In this document: positions 1-8,409 of the stretch, one piece after another
Position numbering within the stretch: position 1 is the stretch's first letter
Layout: the number at the start of each line of letters is the position of its first letter
NCBI GenBank assembly: GCA_017520675.1
Contig: JAFXFG010000031.1
Location: 574-64,573, forward strand
Reading direction: 5' to 3'
Length of the DNA stretch: 64,000 nt
DNA from: Alphaproteobacteria bacterium
GTDB lineage: Bacteria > Pseudomonadota > Alphaproteobacteria > Rs-D84
Made by a program: the position numbers and the translations under genes
Notes under the pieces: model-generated
What the model saw: only the letters and a program-made list of their open reading frames with translations
The model's database searches: none
Told to the model about the DNA's origin: nothing

Positions 1-92
1 CGGACAAGCCCGTTTTCACCAAGTAAATTTGTTTGACCAATTACTTCGTCAATTGTGTTCGGACGCATTAAATCTGCAAGTGGACGTGTCAT
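1..92 (-). CDS. rarA: 5' end (N-terminus) of the recombination factor RarA/MgsA AAA ATPase; the gene continues beyond the window start
   Basis: Reverse complement of 1-92 translates to MTRPLADLMRPNTIDEVIGQTNLLGENGLV, matching the conserved RarA N-terminus (MRP..LDE.VGQ.HLLG). Confidence 0.55.
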   Translation of the reverse strand, partial: MTRPLADLMRPNTIDEVIGQTNLLGENGLV

Positions 93-162
93 TTTACGGT
101 GCTTTTATTTGTTGTTTATTTGTGTTATAATTATTGTATTAAATAAACAAGGAAAGCGCAAG

Positions 163-519
163 TTGGTAAATAAAAATTCTGATTTTACTTTGGCTGTGGC
201 AAATCTGGCCGCAGCAGCAATTGCAGCAAATCCAAAACTTACAATGGAAGAGGCTGTTCAACGTGCACGTGAAATTTTGCGGGGAACATCAATTACACAA
301 CAACAAATCGATGATTCTGTGCAAAATGATAAAATTCAATGTCTGGAAGATGGTACTTGGCATATAATGTTGCGTAGATATATTAAACGCAGATTTAATA
401 TGACACCACAGCAATATCGTGAAAAATGGGGATTGCCAAATGACTATCCTTTTGTGGCACCAGATTATGCAAAAAAACGTTCGAAAATAGCGAAGAAAAC
501 TGGATTGGGGAGAAAATAA
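163..519 (+). CDS. MucR/Ros-family transcriptional regulator with a degenerate zinc finger
   Basis: C-terminus QCLEDGTWHIMLRRYIKRRFNMTPQQYREKWGLPNDYPFVAPDYAKKRSKIAKKTGLG matches the Ros/MucR core, but C2H2 is reduced to a single Cys. A TTG start at 163 has an AAGGAAAG RBS; the ORF track starts in frame at 55. Confidence 0.6.
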   Translation: MVNKNSDFTLAVANLAAAAIAANPKLTMEEAVQRAREILRGTSITQQQIDDSVQNDKIQCLEDGTWHIMLRRYIKRRFNMTPQQYREKWGLPNDYPFVAPDYAKKRSKIAKKTGLGRK

Positions 520-520
520 A

Positions 521-2368
521 ATGAAACAAAATTCTACAAGACAAATGACGAATACCCAAAAGGCTGGTGATGCGGTGCGTATGGTGGCAGATGGGATAAA
601 AGATGCAAGAAAAAAATTGTCAAAATTAAGTCCAAAAAAACATTTTGAAAATGCCGGTAGGGTTTCTGGTGCTGTGTTGCTGTGGTTGATGGAATATACA
701 ATGCGCATTGCAAATGGGCTGGTGTTGGATAATTTCGCATTGCGTGCAATGGAACGCGGATTTAAAAATAAAAAGAAAGATGGATTCGCTAAAAGAAATC
801 CCGCCTTGGTATCGCATGCGCTGTACTATCTGATTCCATTGTTGGCATGGCTGGGGGTCGAAACCGTAGATTTTGCAAAAGAAAGAGTTCAAGAACGAAA
901 ACAGAAAGAAGAGGAGGAAGCACGAAAAAAAGCAATGTCCTTTGATAATTTTAAAATTAACCCAAATGTTTCGGATGAAGAGTGGGAAAAACAAATTGAT
1001 GCAATACAGCCATATGTAATCGCACATTTGTTCTTGACCGAGGGGTATGTGCGAGATTTGTACTATGATAATGGAACAAGTGGTACGAAAACAATAGGGG
1101 TAGGTTTTATTCTTGATGATGAAGTGCATCGTAAGTTTGCAAAAAAAATACTGGGACGACCAATAGTAAACGGTTTGAGTGTGTCTGTTGAAGAGGCTAG
1201 AATCTTGGCGGATGCATGGACGCGTGAAAAGATTTATCCAAAGATGAAAGAGGCTTTTAATGTGCCGATGGATGCAAAGTTGTTTATTACTTTGGTGGTG
1301 GCAGCATATAATGCAGGCGAAAGTACTTATTCGCTTAAAGGTAATTCAGGTATTCCTGTGCGTGATGCAGTTAATGCTGGAAAAACAATAGAAGAAATAA
1401 TGAATGTTTTTGTTCGGCAGTATGGGAAAGTACGCGGTACACAATGGGGCGGAATGTCAAATAAGTATTCTGTGTGCGCGTTGTATGCATTAGGGGATAT
1501 TTCTGATGATGTTATTTTAAACTGTGTGGCAGAAGCGCCGTATGAAATAAATGTTATATTAGAGCAAGATTCGGCATATTTATCGGTCTATAACCCTAAA
1601 ACAATGAATGAAGGAAATTTGCTGATTTATGACGGAGAAGAAAAAAAAGCAAGGCCTGTTGGTGTGGTTAGAATACCTAATATAGAAGAGGTTTTACAGA
1701 CACCACAGTATAGAAAAACAAAAGGAACAGAACAATTAAAGATACGTGATTATTTGATGGAACAGGAAGTAAATACAATTATGGCAGGAGAAATTTTTGA
1801 AGGCTCAACAATTGATTATTTCACAGCCCAACAGTTGGCAAATTCTGTGAAGTATGAGGTGTCTGATTCTGACAAAATTAATGAAGAAGGTGAAGAACTT
1901 TATCATAAGGAACAATATAAAGAAGCAATACAAAAATTTGAAGAAGCATTGAATGTAAATCCTGAAAATTACATTGTTTATAGTAATATATCTTTGGCTT
2001 ATTATAAAATGGGTGAACCCAAAAAAGGCGCGCGTGTAATAGAAAAGTTTATAAAATCTGAATACTTTGACAATGCGCCAGATGTAAATAAGGGCTATGT
2101 TTATTATAATTTGGCCTTGTGTTATGAAAAAATTGGTGATTCGAAAAGTAAAAGAAAGCAGAAATTTTATAAAGAGGCTAATAATGCAATCGAAAGGGCG
2201 CAGGAATATTCAGGAAACAGTTATGATGATTTAAAAAATAGAATAAATAAAAAACTGACAGATGAGGGTAAAAAAATTGCTTTTAATTCTGGAATTCAGC
2301 AAATGCGTCAGAAAAATGCAAAAAAAGATATATTGCTGTACGGTAAAGAAACAACATTTAATGCCTAA
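521..2368 (+). CDS. 615-aa Lys-rich protein with a central GH24 phage-type lysozyme-like domain and C-terminal TPR repeats
   Basis: LTEGYVRDLYYDNGTSGTKTIGVGF aligns with the P22/lambda/T4 lysozyme catalytic E...D...T-IGxGH block. The C-terminus has TPR-like repeats (AIQKFEEALNVNPENYIVYSNISLAYYKMGE; YYNLALCYEKIGD). The ATG lies 1 nt after the mucR-like stop. Confidence 0.55.
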   Translation: MKQNSTRQMTNTQKAGDAVRMVADGIKDARKKLSKLSPKKHFENAGRVSGAVLLWLMEYTMRIANGLVLDNFALRAMERGFKNKKKDGFAKRNPALVSHALYYLIPLLAWLGVETVDFAKERVQERKQKEEEEARKKAMSFDNFKINPNVSDEEWEKQIDAIQPYVIAHLFLTEGYVRDLYYDNGTSGTKTIGVGFILDDEVHRKFAKKILGRPIVNGLSVSVEEARILADAWTREKIYPKMKEAFNVPMDAKLFITLVVAAYNAGESTYSLKGNSGIPVRDAVNAGKTIEEIMNVFVRQYGKVRGTQWGGMSNKYSVCALYALGDISDDVILNCVAEAPYEINVILEQDSAYLSVYNPKTMNEGNLLIYDGEEKKARPVGVVRIPNIEEVLQTPQYRKTKGTEQLKIRDYLMEQEVNTIMAGEIFEGSTIDYFTAQQLANSVKYEVSDSDKINEEGEELYHKEQYKEAIQKFEEALNVNPENYIVYSNISLAYYKMGEPKKGARVIEKFIKSEYFDNAPDVNKGYVYYNLALCYEKIGDSKSKRKQKFYKEANNAIERAQEYSGNSYDDLKNRINKKLTDEGKKIAFNSGIQQMRQKNAKKDILLYGKETTFNA

Positions 2369-2385
2369 ATGATAAAGGGGAATTT

Positions 2386-4383
2386 ATGAAAGTCTTGGTC
2401 GATGTGCATGATAAACGTTGGAATAAATTTAAAATAGATTTTGATGAAATTGCAAATGCAGTTGTCGGAAAAAAATATGAAAATTCCGAAGTGTCTGTGA
2501 TATTGACTAATGATAAAGAAATACAGCAAATCAATAAGCAATACAGAAATATCGATAAACCAACAAATGTATTGTCGTTTGAACTGGGGGACGATATTTT
2601 GCTGGGGGATATTTTTATTTCAATTGATACTGTACAGAGAGAGGCAAATCTAGAAAAGATAACAGTTGTTGAACATACGGCGCATATGTTGGTGCATGGG
2701 GTGTTGCACTTGTTGGGATACGACCATATCAAAGATGATGAAGCAGAGATTATGGAAGAAAAAGAAACAAAAATTTTAAAAAAATTGGGTATAAAAAATC
2801 CATATGCCATTGATGATGAGTGGCAATGTGATTCTGCGGAATGTTGTCCGTGGGGTGGTGTTGTCGCGTGGATTAAAAAACTTAAAATAAAAGAAAATGG
2901 GGTTTGGCAATATTTCCTATACGCATTGTTTGGTGGGGTTGCTTCATTTGGCTTTGCGCCGTTCTATTGTTGGTGGTTGGCTGTACTGGGGATTGGTGGT
3001 GCGTATTGGTTGACAGTCAAACAAAAACAAAAGTGTGGATTTTGGCGTGCTTGGTTGCGTGTATCACCGTTTGGTGCAGTTTATGCAATATCTATGTTTT
3101 GGTGGACTTTGCATTCAATTTATGTTGTGCCAGAATTGGCAAATCAATTTGCTGTTTGGACAATCCCAGGTGTGATTGGATTAGGAATTGCAGGTGCGTT
3201 TATATTTGTATGGCCATTTGTTGTAATTTCCTGTGTGCGCAGAAATCCTGCGTATAGCGCGATTTTATTCGCGGCTGTTTGGGTGTTGGTGTTGTGGGGG
3301 CGCGAGTGGATGTTTACAGGGTTTCCATGGAATCCAATTGCAAATATATCTTTGAATTTTCCGATGTTGGCTAATTCTATGTCTTTGTGGGGCGCGTTGG
3401 GGTTGACATTTGTAATTGTTGGTGGAATTGCAACCATAGTTGAGGTTATGCGAAAGCCAAAGTCAAAGGTTGTGTGGTGGGGATTGTTGGTATTTGTGTT
3501 GTTGGGGGCTGTGGGAATGTTGTGGGGGCGGTATAATATGCAGTTGGCAACAGTGGGTGAAAGCAATAATCATAAATTAATTCGAATCGTGCAACCTGCG
3601 TTAAATCAAGCACAAAAGGCAACACATAGCAGAGAGCAGGCAATAATAAATGCAGAAGATAATATGCGGGTCTTGTTCGAATTGGCGTCCGTTGATGAAC
3701 GACCTGATTTAATTGTTTTTCCTGAAACATCATATCCTTTTACGGTTTTGAAAGGGGATATAATGCCTTTGTCACAGGCGTTGGGCACAGATGTTATTGT
3801 CGGTGCAAATTTCTTGGATAATGGCAAGGTTTATAATGCAATGCTGTTCGCAGATAGATATGGTCAAATAAATCATATATACAGCAAGTCGCATTTGGTG
3901 CCGTTTGGTGAATATAGTCCATTGGGGATTTTGCCAAGTCCTGTAAATTTATCAGCAGGTCAGGGGGCAGAATTAGTCAATGTAAATGATTTGTTGGTTG
4001 CACCTGCGATATGCTATGAAATCATCTTTTCTGATTCTGTGATTCCAGATGGCAAAAAAACACCAAGTGCAATTGTGAATATTACCAATGATAATTGGTT
4101 TGGTAATACCCCAGGTACTTATCAACATCTGGATATGGTGCGCAGATATGCAATCGAATCTGGGGTGCCGGTGGTGCGTGCAAATTATTCGGGTATTAGT
4201 GCGTTTGTCTTGTCTGATGGTAATGTGTTGTCGCAATTGATGATTGGTGATTCTGGGGTTCTGGATGGCTTTGTGTGGGGTGCACATAATACACCATACA
4301 GAATGCTGGGGATGAATTTTTGGATGATTGTGATATTGGTATTTTCTGGATTGTGTTTGTTTGTGTTGCAACGAAGAGATTAA
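2386..4383 (+). CDS. ybeY-lnt: Fusion protein: YbeY endoribonuclease domain (N-terminal ~150 aa) joined to apolipoprotein N-acyltransferase Lnt
   Basis: The N-terminus carries the HGVLHLLGYDH YbeY zinc motif. It continues without a stop into Lnt-type transmembrane helices and a CN-hydrolase domain (ICYEIIFSD, NDNWFG). This is one uninterrupted 665-codon ORF. Confidence 0.75.
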   Translation: MKVLVDVHDKRWNKFKIDFDEIANAVVGKKYENSEVSVILTNDKEIQQINKQYRNIDKPTNVLSFELGDDILLGDIFISIDTVQREANLEKITVVEHTAHMLVHGVLHLLGYDHIKDDEAEIMEEKETKILKKLGIKNPYAIDDEWQCDSAECCPWGGVVAWIKKLKIKENGVWQYFLYALFGGVASFGFAPFYCWWLAVLGIGGAYWLTVKQKQKCGFWRAWLRVSPFGAVYAISMFWWTLHSIYVVPELANQFAVWTIPGVIGLGIAGAFIFVWPFVVISCVRRNPAYSAILFAAVWVLVLWGREWMFTGFPWNPIANISLNFPMLANSMSLWGALGLTFVIVGGIATIVEVMRKPKSKVVWWGLLVFVLLGAVGMLWGRYNMQLATVGESNNHKLIRIVQPALNQAQKATHSREQAIINAEDNMRVLFELASVDERPDLIVFPETSYPFTVLKGDIMPLSQALGTDVIVGANFLDNGKVYNAMLFADRYGQINHIYSKSHLVPFGEYSPLGILPSPVNLSAGQGAELVNVNDLLVAPAICYEIIFSDSVIPDGKKTPSAIVNITNDNWFGNTPGTYQHLDMVRRYAIESGVPVVRANYSGISAFVLSDGNVLSQLMIGDSGVLDGFVWGAHNTPYRMLGMNFWMIVILVFSGLCLFVLQRRD

Positions 4384-4598
4384 AACTGTCCAAGTTGTAG
4401 AATAATTTGCTTTAATATCCATACGCGGACAGCAGATGAAAGATTTACGTCTGGGGTGCGTGTGGAATCAAGTTCGCTGATAATTGATGCAACTGATTTG
4501 CCTTGGCGTTTTGATAGCACGTGCAGGGCATCAATGAATTCTGGTTCAAGTGTGATGCTGGTCTGGTGGCCTGATAATGAAACAGATAATTTTTTCAT
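4380..4598 (-). CDS. Ribbon-helix-helix protein of the RHH_4 family (PF13467-like)
   Basis: KKLSVSLSGHQTSITLEPEFIDALHVLSKRQGKSVASIISELDS matches the RHH_4 pattern (RSVSL.GH.TSITLE..FW.AL.EIA...G.S...LI.EID). It is the last gene of the coupled 5-gene operon. Confidence 0.6.
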   Translation of the reverse strand: MKKLSVSLSGHQTSITLEPEFIDALHVLSKRQGKSVASIISELDSTRTPDVNLSSAVRVWILKQIILQLGQF

Positions 4599-4601
4599 AG
4601 G

Positions 4602-5039
4602 TTATAATTTTCCCCCCATTAAACAGTCGCTGATTGCTTTGTGTGGGTCGGTATATTTCTTTACCGCTTTTAATGTTAGGTTATCCAGCATATAGCATGT
4701 GCCAAATGCGTCATAGGCAAACCAAAATAAATCATTGCGACCAAATATTGTTTTGCCAGATGTCTTGCCAAGTGGGCCAATGTCGTGATTAACTTTGATA
4801 ATACTGGGAATAACAAAGGGTGGTGTGTATGAAACTTCGTTTGGACCAAAAATATAACCAGAACCAATGTTTAAGCCACCTGTGATTGTGTATATATGAA
4901 TCAAAAAGTCGGGTAACATAGCAAAGCGACCACGTTGCAGTGCAGCATTTGTTAATGATAAACTTTGTGTCGGTACAGGAGGTGCAAAAATTGCGCCGCG
5001 CGCCTTGATTGCAGATAAAAAATTAGTGCATTCTGTCAT
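4602..5039 (-). CDS. Hypothetical protein (operon gene 4 of 5)
   Basis: ORF with ATG at 5039, 1 nt after the upstream stop. I recognise no domain (MTECTNFLSAIKARGAIFAPP...GPLGKTSGKTIFG...). Confidence 0.45.
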   Translation of the reverse strand: MTECTNFLSAIKARGAIFAPPVPTQSLSLTNAALQRGRFAMLPDFLIHIYTITGGLNIGSGYIFGPNEVSYTPPFVIPSIIKVNHDIGPLGKTSGKTIFGRNDLFWFAYDAFGTCYMLDNLTLKAVKKYTDPHKAISDCLMGGKL

Positions 5040-5040
5040 T

Positions 5041-5550
5041 TTAAAAATCCCTGTTGCTGACAATCTGAGAAGCGATTGTTTCTGTTAGTCTGTCTTCGGT
5101 ACCGTTGCCACCAGGTGAACTGGTTTCAGATTGTGTGGGTAGGTATATCTTTTTGGCAGGGTTTGGTAACCATATAGTTTCGTTACCGCTTTGTTGTATT
5201 ATAAATCTGTCAAGGGTGTACGAGTGCGGAAATGTGCGACATAAGAACATATTGTCTAGGTCAAGTTTGCCACCCCATGATAGCGGAATGCGAAAACGAA
5301 ATGACATATTTGCAGGAAGTGATTTGCCCATAATTAAATTCATAAATTCGTCTTGGGTTAAATTCATAAAGGCAAGTGTTTCAACAGAATCGGTTAATGA
5401 TGTCATAAATTGTCTGCAAAGGCGCTTGTAAATACTGAACCAATCGGCAGAAACATTCGTATAGACAGGACGGATGGAAATAAGTGGCATATTTTTTATA
5501 CCAAGTTCTTCTAAAAGTTTTTCTGCGGTGTTTTGGTTCAGTTGCATCAA
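5041..5550 (-). CDS. Hypothetical protein (operon gene 3 of 5) with a possible SUKH/SMI1-KNR4-like N-terminus
   Basis: ORF whose start overlaps the upstream stop (ATGA at 5547-5550). The N-terminus AEKLLEELGIKNMPL weakly resembles the SUKH immunity-protein N-terminus; the resemblance is tentative. Confidence 0.45.
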   Translation of the reverse strand: MMQLNQNTAEKLLEELGIKNMPLISIRPVYTNVSADWFSIYKRLCRQFMTSLTDSVETLAFMNLTQDEFMNLIMGKSLPANMSFRFRIPLSWGGKLDLDNMFLCRTFPHSYTLDRFIIQQSGNETIWLPNPAKKIYLPTQSETSSPGGNGTEDRLTETIASQIVSNRDF

Positions 5551-5984
5551 AGTCGTCCTAGGTATTCAATAACAGTTGATATGTACGAAGAAAATGCTTC
5601 GAAATTTTCCATCTCGTCCGGTGGAAGCGGAGTGTTGCGATGGGCATTTATATAGTCGCGTAAAGTTTCAGTGTTGTCAAATACTAAAATATCTGATGTG
5701 GGTTGTGGTGGTGTGCTGTTTAATATAAATCCATTGATTGTTATTTCTATGTCTTCGAGTGTGTCAGAAAATACTTGTTGTATGGTTTCTATGCGTTTTG
5801 ATAGTTCGCTGGGCTGACAGTCTGTTGCGCCAATCCAGATTGTTTCATTGCTGCCAATTGCGAATAAGATAGTTTGAAGCCCCTTTATCTTGGGTGTTTC
5901 TTTGGGTTCATAGCCAGCATCTTTGAATATGTTTGTTATTTCTGTTTTGTCCCATTTTGATGTTTCGGTGGGTGCAGAAATCAT
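5547..5984 (-). CDS. Hypothetical protein (operon gene 2 of 5)
   Basis: ORF with an ATGA overlap to the upstream gene (5981-5984). No recognisable domain. Confidence 0.45.
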   Translation of the reverse strand: MISAPTETSKWDKTEITNIFKDAGYEPKETPKIKGLQTILFAIGSNETIWIGATDCQPSELSKRIETIQQVFSDTLEDIEITINGFILNSTPPQPTSDILVFDNTETLRDYINAHRNTPLPPDEMENFEAFSSYISTVIEYLGRL

Positions 5985-6469
5985 GTGCTGCCAGTTGTAA
6001 TAACAGGCGCGGTTATGGGGGCGACGGATTGTTCCGTTGGGACAGGTAATGTAAGGCCGGTGTTTAAACGCTTAGGCCGTTCTAAGGTGGAAAAGCCCGT
6101 CATAGGTGATGGATGTTGCGTGGTTGGTTGTTCTTGTTTTGCTGGTATGGGGGCGGGGTGGTTTTTTGTTGGTGATTCTGTTGTGGTTCTTGTTATAGTA
6201 GGGGCAGAAGTGTGCAATTTTATTTTGCGGTAGCGCGGTCTGTGTAATATGTATAATCCCAATATTAGTACAAATACTGAGGCAATTAATGATGTGTAGA
6301 ATATGGGACTGATTGGTTGTTGTGATGCCTGCATATATGCAAGATAATCCCAGTTGGCCTTGGAAAATATGTTAAAGCCGAATCTGGTGTTGAACCAAAA
6401 GCATGTACCAAGTAATGCAATAATTAGCCATAAAAAGGTTAGTAAAATTTTTTCAAATTTGTTCTTCAT
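5981..6469 (-). CDS. Small membrane protein with 2 TM helices and a Pro/Thr-rich C-terminal tail (operon gene 1 of 5)
   Basis: Internal ATG at 6469 (MKNKFEKILLTFLWLIIALLG...). It has hydrophobic helices and a PT-rich tail. The longer ORF-track extension up to 6679 lacks support. Confidence 0.45.
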   Translation of the reverse strand: MKNKFEKILLTFLWLIIALLGTCFWFNTRFGFNIFSKANWDYLAYMQASQQPISPIFYTSLIASVFVLILGLYILHRPRYRKIKLHTSAPTITRTTTESPTKNHPAPIPAKQEQPTTQHPSPMTGFSTLERPKRLNTGLTLPVPTEQSVAPITAPVITTGST

Positions 6470-6513
6470 TATGTTTTTAATTGTATCATATTTATGATAA
6501 ACTAAAAAGCATA

Positions 6514-7188
6514 ATGATAGAAAAAAATGTATTGTTTGATGGTTCGCCAAATCGATTGGGAATGTGGTGTGGCGCGGATAAAGAAAATGCTGAGTTGGCA
6601 CGTGTGGCCGAAGTAATTGTCGAAGAATCTTTGTCAATTGTGTCTGTGGTGCCGTCTGTTGTATCGATAATTTGGCCATGGCTTGAAAAGGTTAGTACTA
6701 GGATTTTTGCACGATTTTATTTGCCAAATAAAAAGATTGATGAAGCATCTGTGTCTGATGTAGTGCAGAAAATTAATGCGACTTTTAAGCAGGGGGCAAA
6801 TGGTGCGCAGGTTTTTTTGTCTGTTTCGGATTTGAAAAAATTTGTTGACTATATTCGTGTTATAAGAGATGACTTGTTCTTTGACAAGGAATTTTCTGTT
6901 GGCCTCGATTTAAGTGATGTTGGACCGTTCGATTGGAATGATTTATACGAGGAAGCAAGAAAATTGAATGTTAATTCTGTGTTATTTGCGCTTGTAAAAG
7001 ATATGGGGAATAAATCTGATTTTGTTGGGCGAATTTATGCGATGCTTAATGCGTGGAATAATGATAATGAATTTGAATTGCATTTTGCACTTGGGCCGGA
7101 TTCTATGCGTATAGAGCAGGTTGTGCGTTTGGTTGAACAATTACAACCGCAATTACTTGATAGAATAAAATTCCTTGTTAATTTTTAA
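6514..7188 (+). CDS. Hypothetical protein with a possible DeoC/LacD-aldolase-like TIM-barrel fold
   Basis: ORF divergent from the 5-gene operon. It has a weak DeoC-like pattern (AEVIVEESLSIVSVVPSVVSIIWPWL). The start was chosen at MIEKN. Confidence 0.35.
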   Translation: MIEKNVLFDGSPNRLGMWCGADKENAELARVAEVIVEESLSIVSVVPSVVSIIWPWLEKVSTRIFARFYLPNKKIDEASVSDVVQKINATFKQGANGAQVFLSVSDLKKFVDYIRVIRDDLFFDKEFSVGLDLSDVGPFDWNDLYEEARKLNVNSVLFALVKDMGNKSDFVGRIYAMLNAWNNDNEFELHFALGPDSMRIEQVVRLVEQLQPQLLDRIKFLVNF

Positions 7189-7798
7189 TAATTAAATATT
7201 TTGGTGCATCTGTGCCGGCCTTGTTCTTGTGCTGATAACGGGTTTGGATTATTTCCAGATTTGCAATTGTTGCGCATAAATTTGCAGAAGTGGCTTGTTC
7301 AAGAATCCAGTCAAAATATTCCCAATGGTCTGTGCCAATAATTATTTCGCCATTTGGCGCCAAATGTCTTGATAATAATGTTAAAAAATCAGATGATAAT
7401 AAACGGCGCTTAATGTGGCGTGCCTTGGGCCAAGGGTCGGGGTGCAGTACCCAAATTTGTGAAAATTTCGAATCGTTTTTACGCAGAAAATCACGAACAT
7501 CGTCCGCCCATATACGGATGTTTTTATATTCGTTCATAACTTGATTGGTCTGTTCATCGGTTATTGCAGACAGAAGGCTGGCCACACCATTCATAAATGG
7601 TTCTGCGCCAATTATTGTTTTGTCTGGGTTGTTGCGCGCCAAATCACGTACGTGTTCGCCGGCCCCAAATCCAATTTCAAGAATATCCCCAGTTGCAGGA
7701 CACAGGGTTGGCAAAACATTGTCAATCAATGATTGTTGACGGGCGGATAATTTCTTGCCATGACGGCGACCAAATGTTCTTATTTCTTGTTTTTCCAT
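7178..7798 (-). CDS. trmB: tRNA (guanine-N7)-methyltransferase
   Basis: SAM-binding ILEIGFGAGEH plus the HPDPWPKARH..RRL TrmB signature. Confidence 0.85.
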   Translation of the reverse strand: MEKQEIRTFGRRHGKKLSARQQSLIDNVLPTLCPATGDILEIGFGAGEHVRDLARNNPDKTIIGAEPFMNGVASLLSAITDEQTNQVMNEYKNIRIWADDVRDFLRKNDSKFSQIWVLHPDPWPKARHIKRRLLSSDFLTLLSRHLAPNGEIIIGTDHWEYFDWILEQATSANLCATIANLEIIQTRYQHKNKAGTDAPKYLIIKN

Positions 7799-7845
7799 AT
7801 TTTTAGTATAGAATTGAGTTTGTTAAAAAACAAGGATTATATGCA

Positions 7846-8409
7846 ATGCAAGAATTTCCAAAACGAATCGATTGTGGGGACTTTGAACTGGTTAAACCGG
7901 ATGTGAAGTTTGATGTCGCGATTGAATTGTTTAATATGATTGATAAAAATCGTGATAAATTGACACCTTGGCTGGGGTGGGTGGATTATGTGAAAACACC
8001 TGAAGATGAGTTCGCTTTTGTTGAATCTGTGGCAAAAAGTGAAACAGGAAAGTACTTTATCGTTGTCGATTCTAGTATAGTTGGTATGTTGGGATTTGTG
8101 CAGGAAGAACATAGGTCAAAAAAGACTGTTGAGATAGGTTATTGGCTGGATAAAGATATGAACGGTCGTGGTATTATGACACGTGCAGTAAAACAGTTGA
8201 TGAAGTTGGCTTTTGAAATTTGGAATGCGAATCGTGTGGAAATTCAGGCCGCAGTCGAAAATATTAAATCGCGTGCAATTCCAGAACGCCTGGGGTTCAA
8301 TCAAGATGGGATTTTACGTCAACGTGAAATTGTTCGCGAAGGTGAAATTCAAGATGTTGTTATGTATTCAAAATTAAAAGCAGAATGGGAAAAGGAAATA
8401 GTAAAATGA
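7846..8409 (+). CDS. GNAT-family N-acetyltransferase (RimJ/RimL-like)
   Basis: GNAT core VGMLGF..EIGYWLDKDMNGRGIMTRAV..LGFNQDGILR. Confidence 0.7.
   Translation: MQEFPKRIDCGDFELVKPDVKFDVAIELFNMIDKNRDKLTPWLGWVDYVKTPEDEFAFVESVAKSETGKYFIVVDSSIVGMLGFVQEEHRSKKTVEIGYWLDKDMNGRGIMTRAVKQLMKLAFEIWNANRVEIQAAVENIKSRAIPERLGFNQDGILRQREIVREGEIQDVVMYSKLKAEWEKEIVK

Noticed and set aside
289-1129. Antisense ORFs (289..708 -, 534..749 -, 626..1129 -) overlapping the mucR-like and lysozyme-TPR genes
   Set aside because: They are shadow ORFs opposite well-supported coding frames, low-complexity and without RBSs. Many more such ORFs were dismissed, e.g. 2358..2810 -, 3144..3566 -, 12374..12934 -, 17351..17662 -, 33254..34042 +, 50120..50671 + and 61388..62043 -.
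521-2368. Prophage at the window start, suggested by the phage-type lysozyme
   Set aside because: No capsid, terminase, portal, tail or integrase genes are present. Housekeeping genes flank on both sides. The lysozyme domain is embedded in a larger TPR protein.
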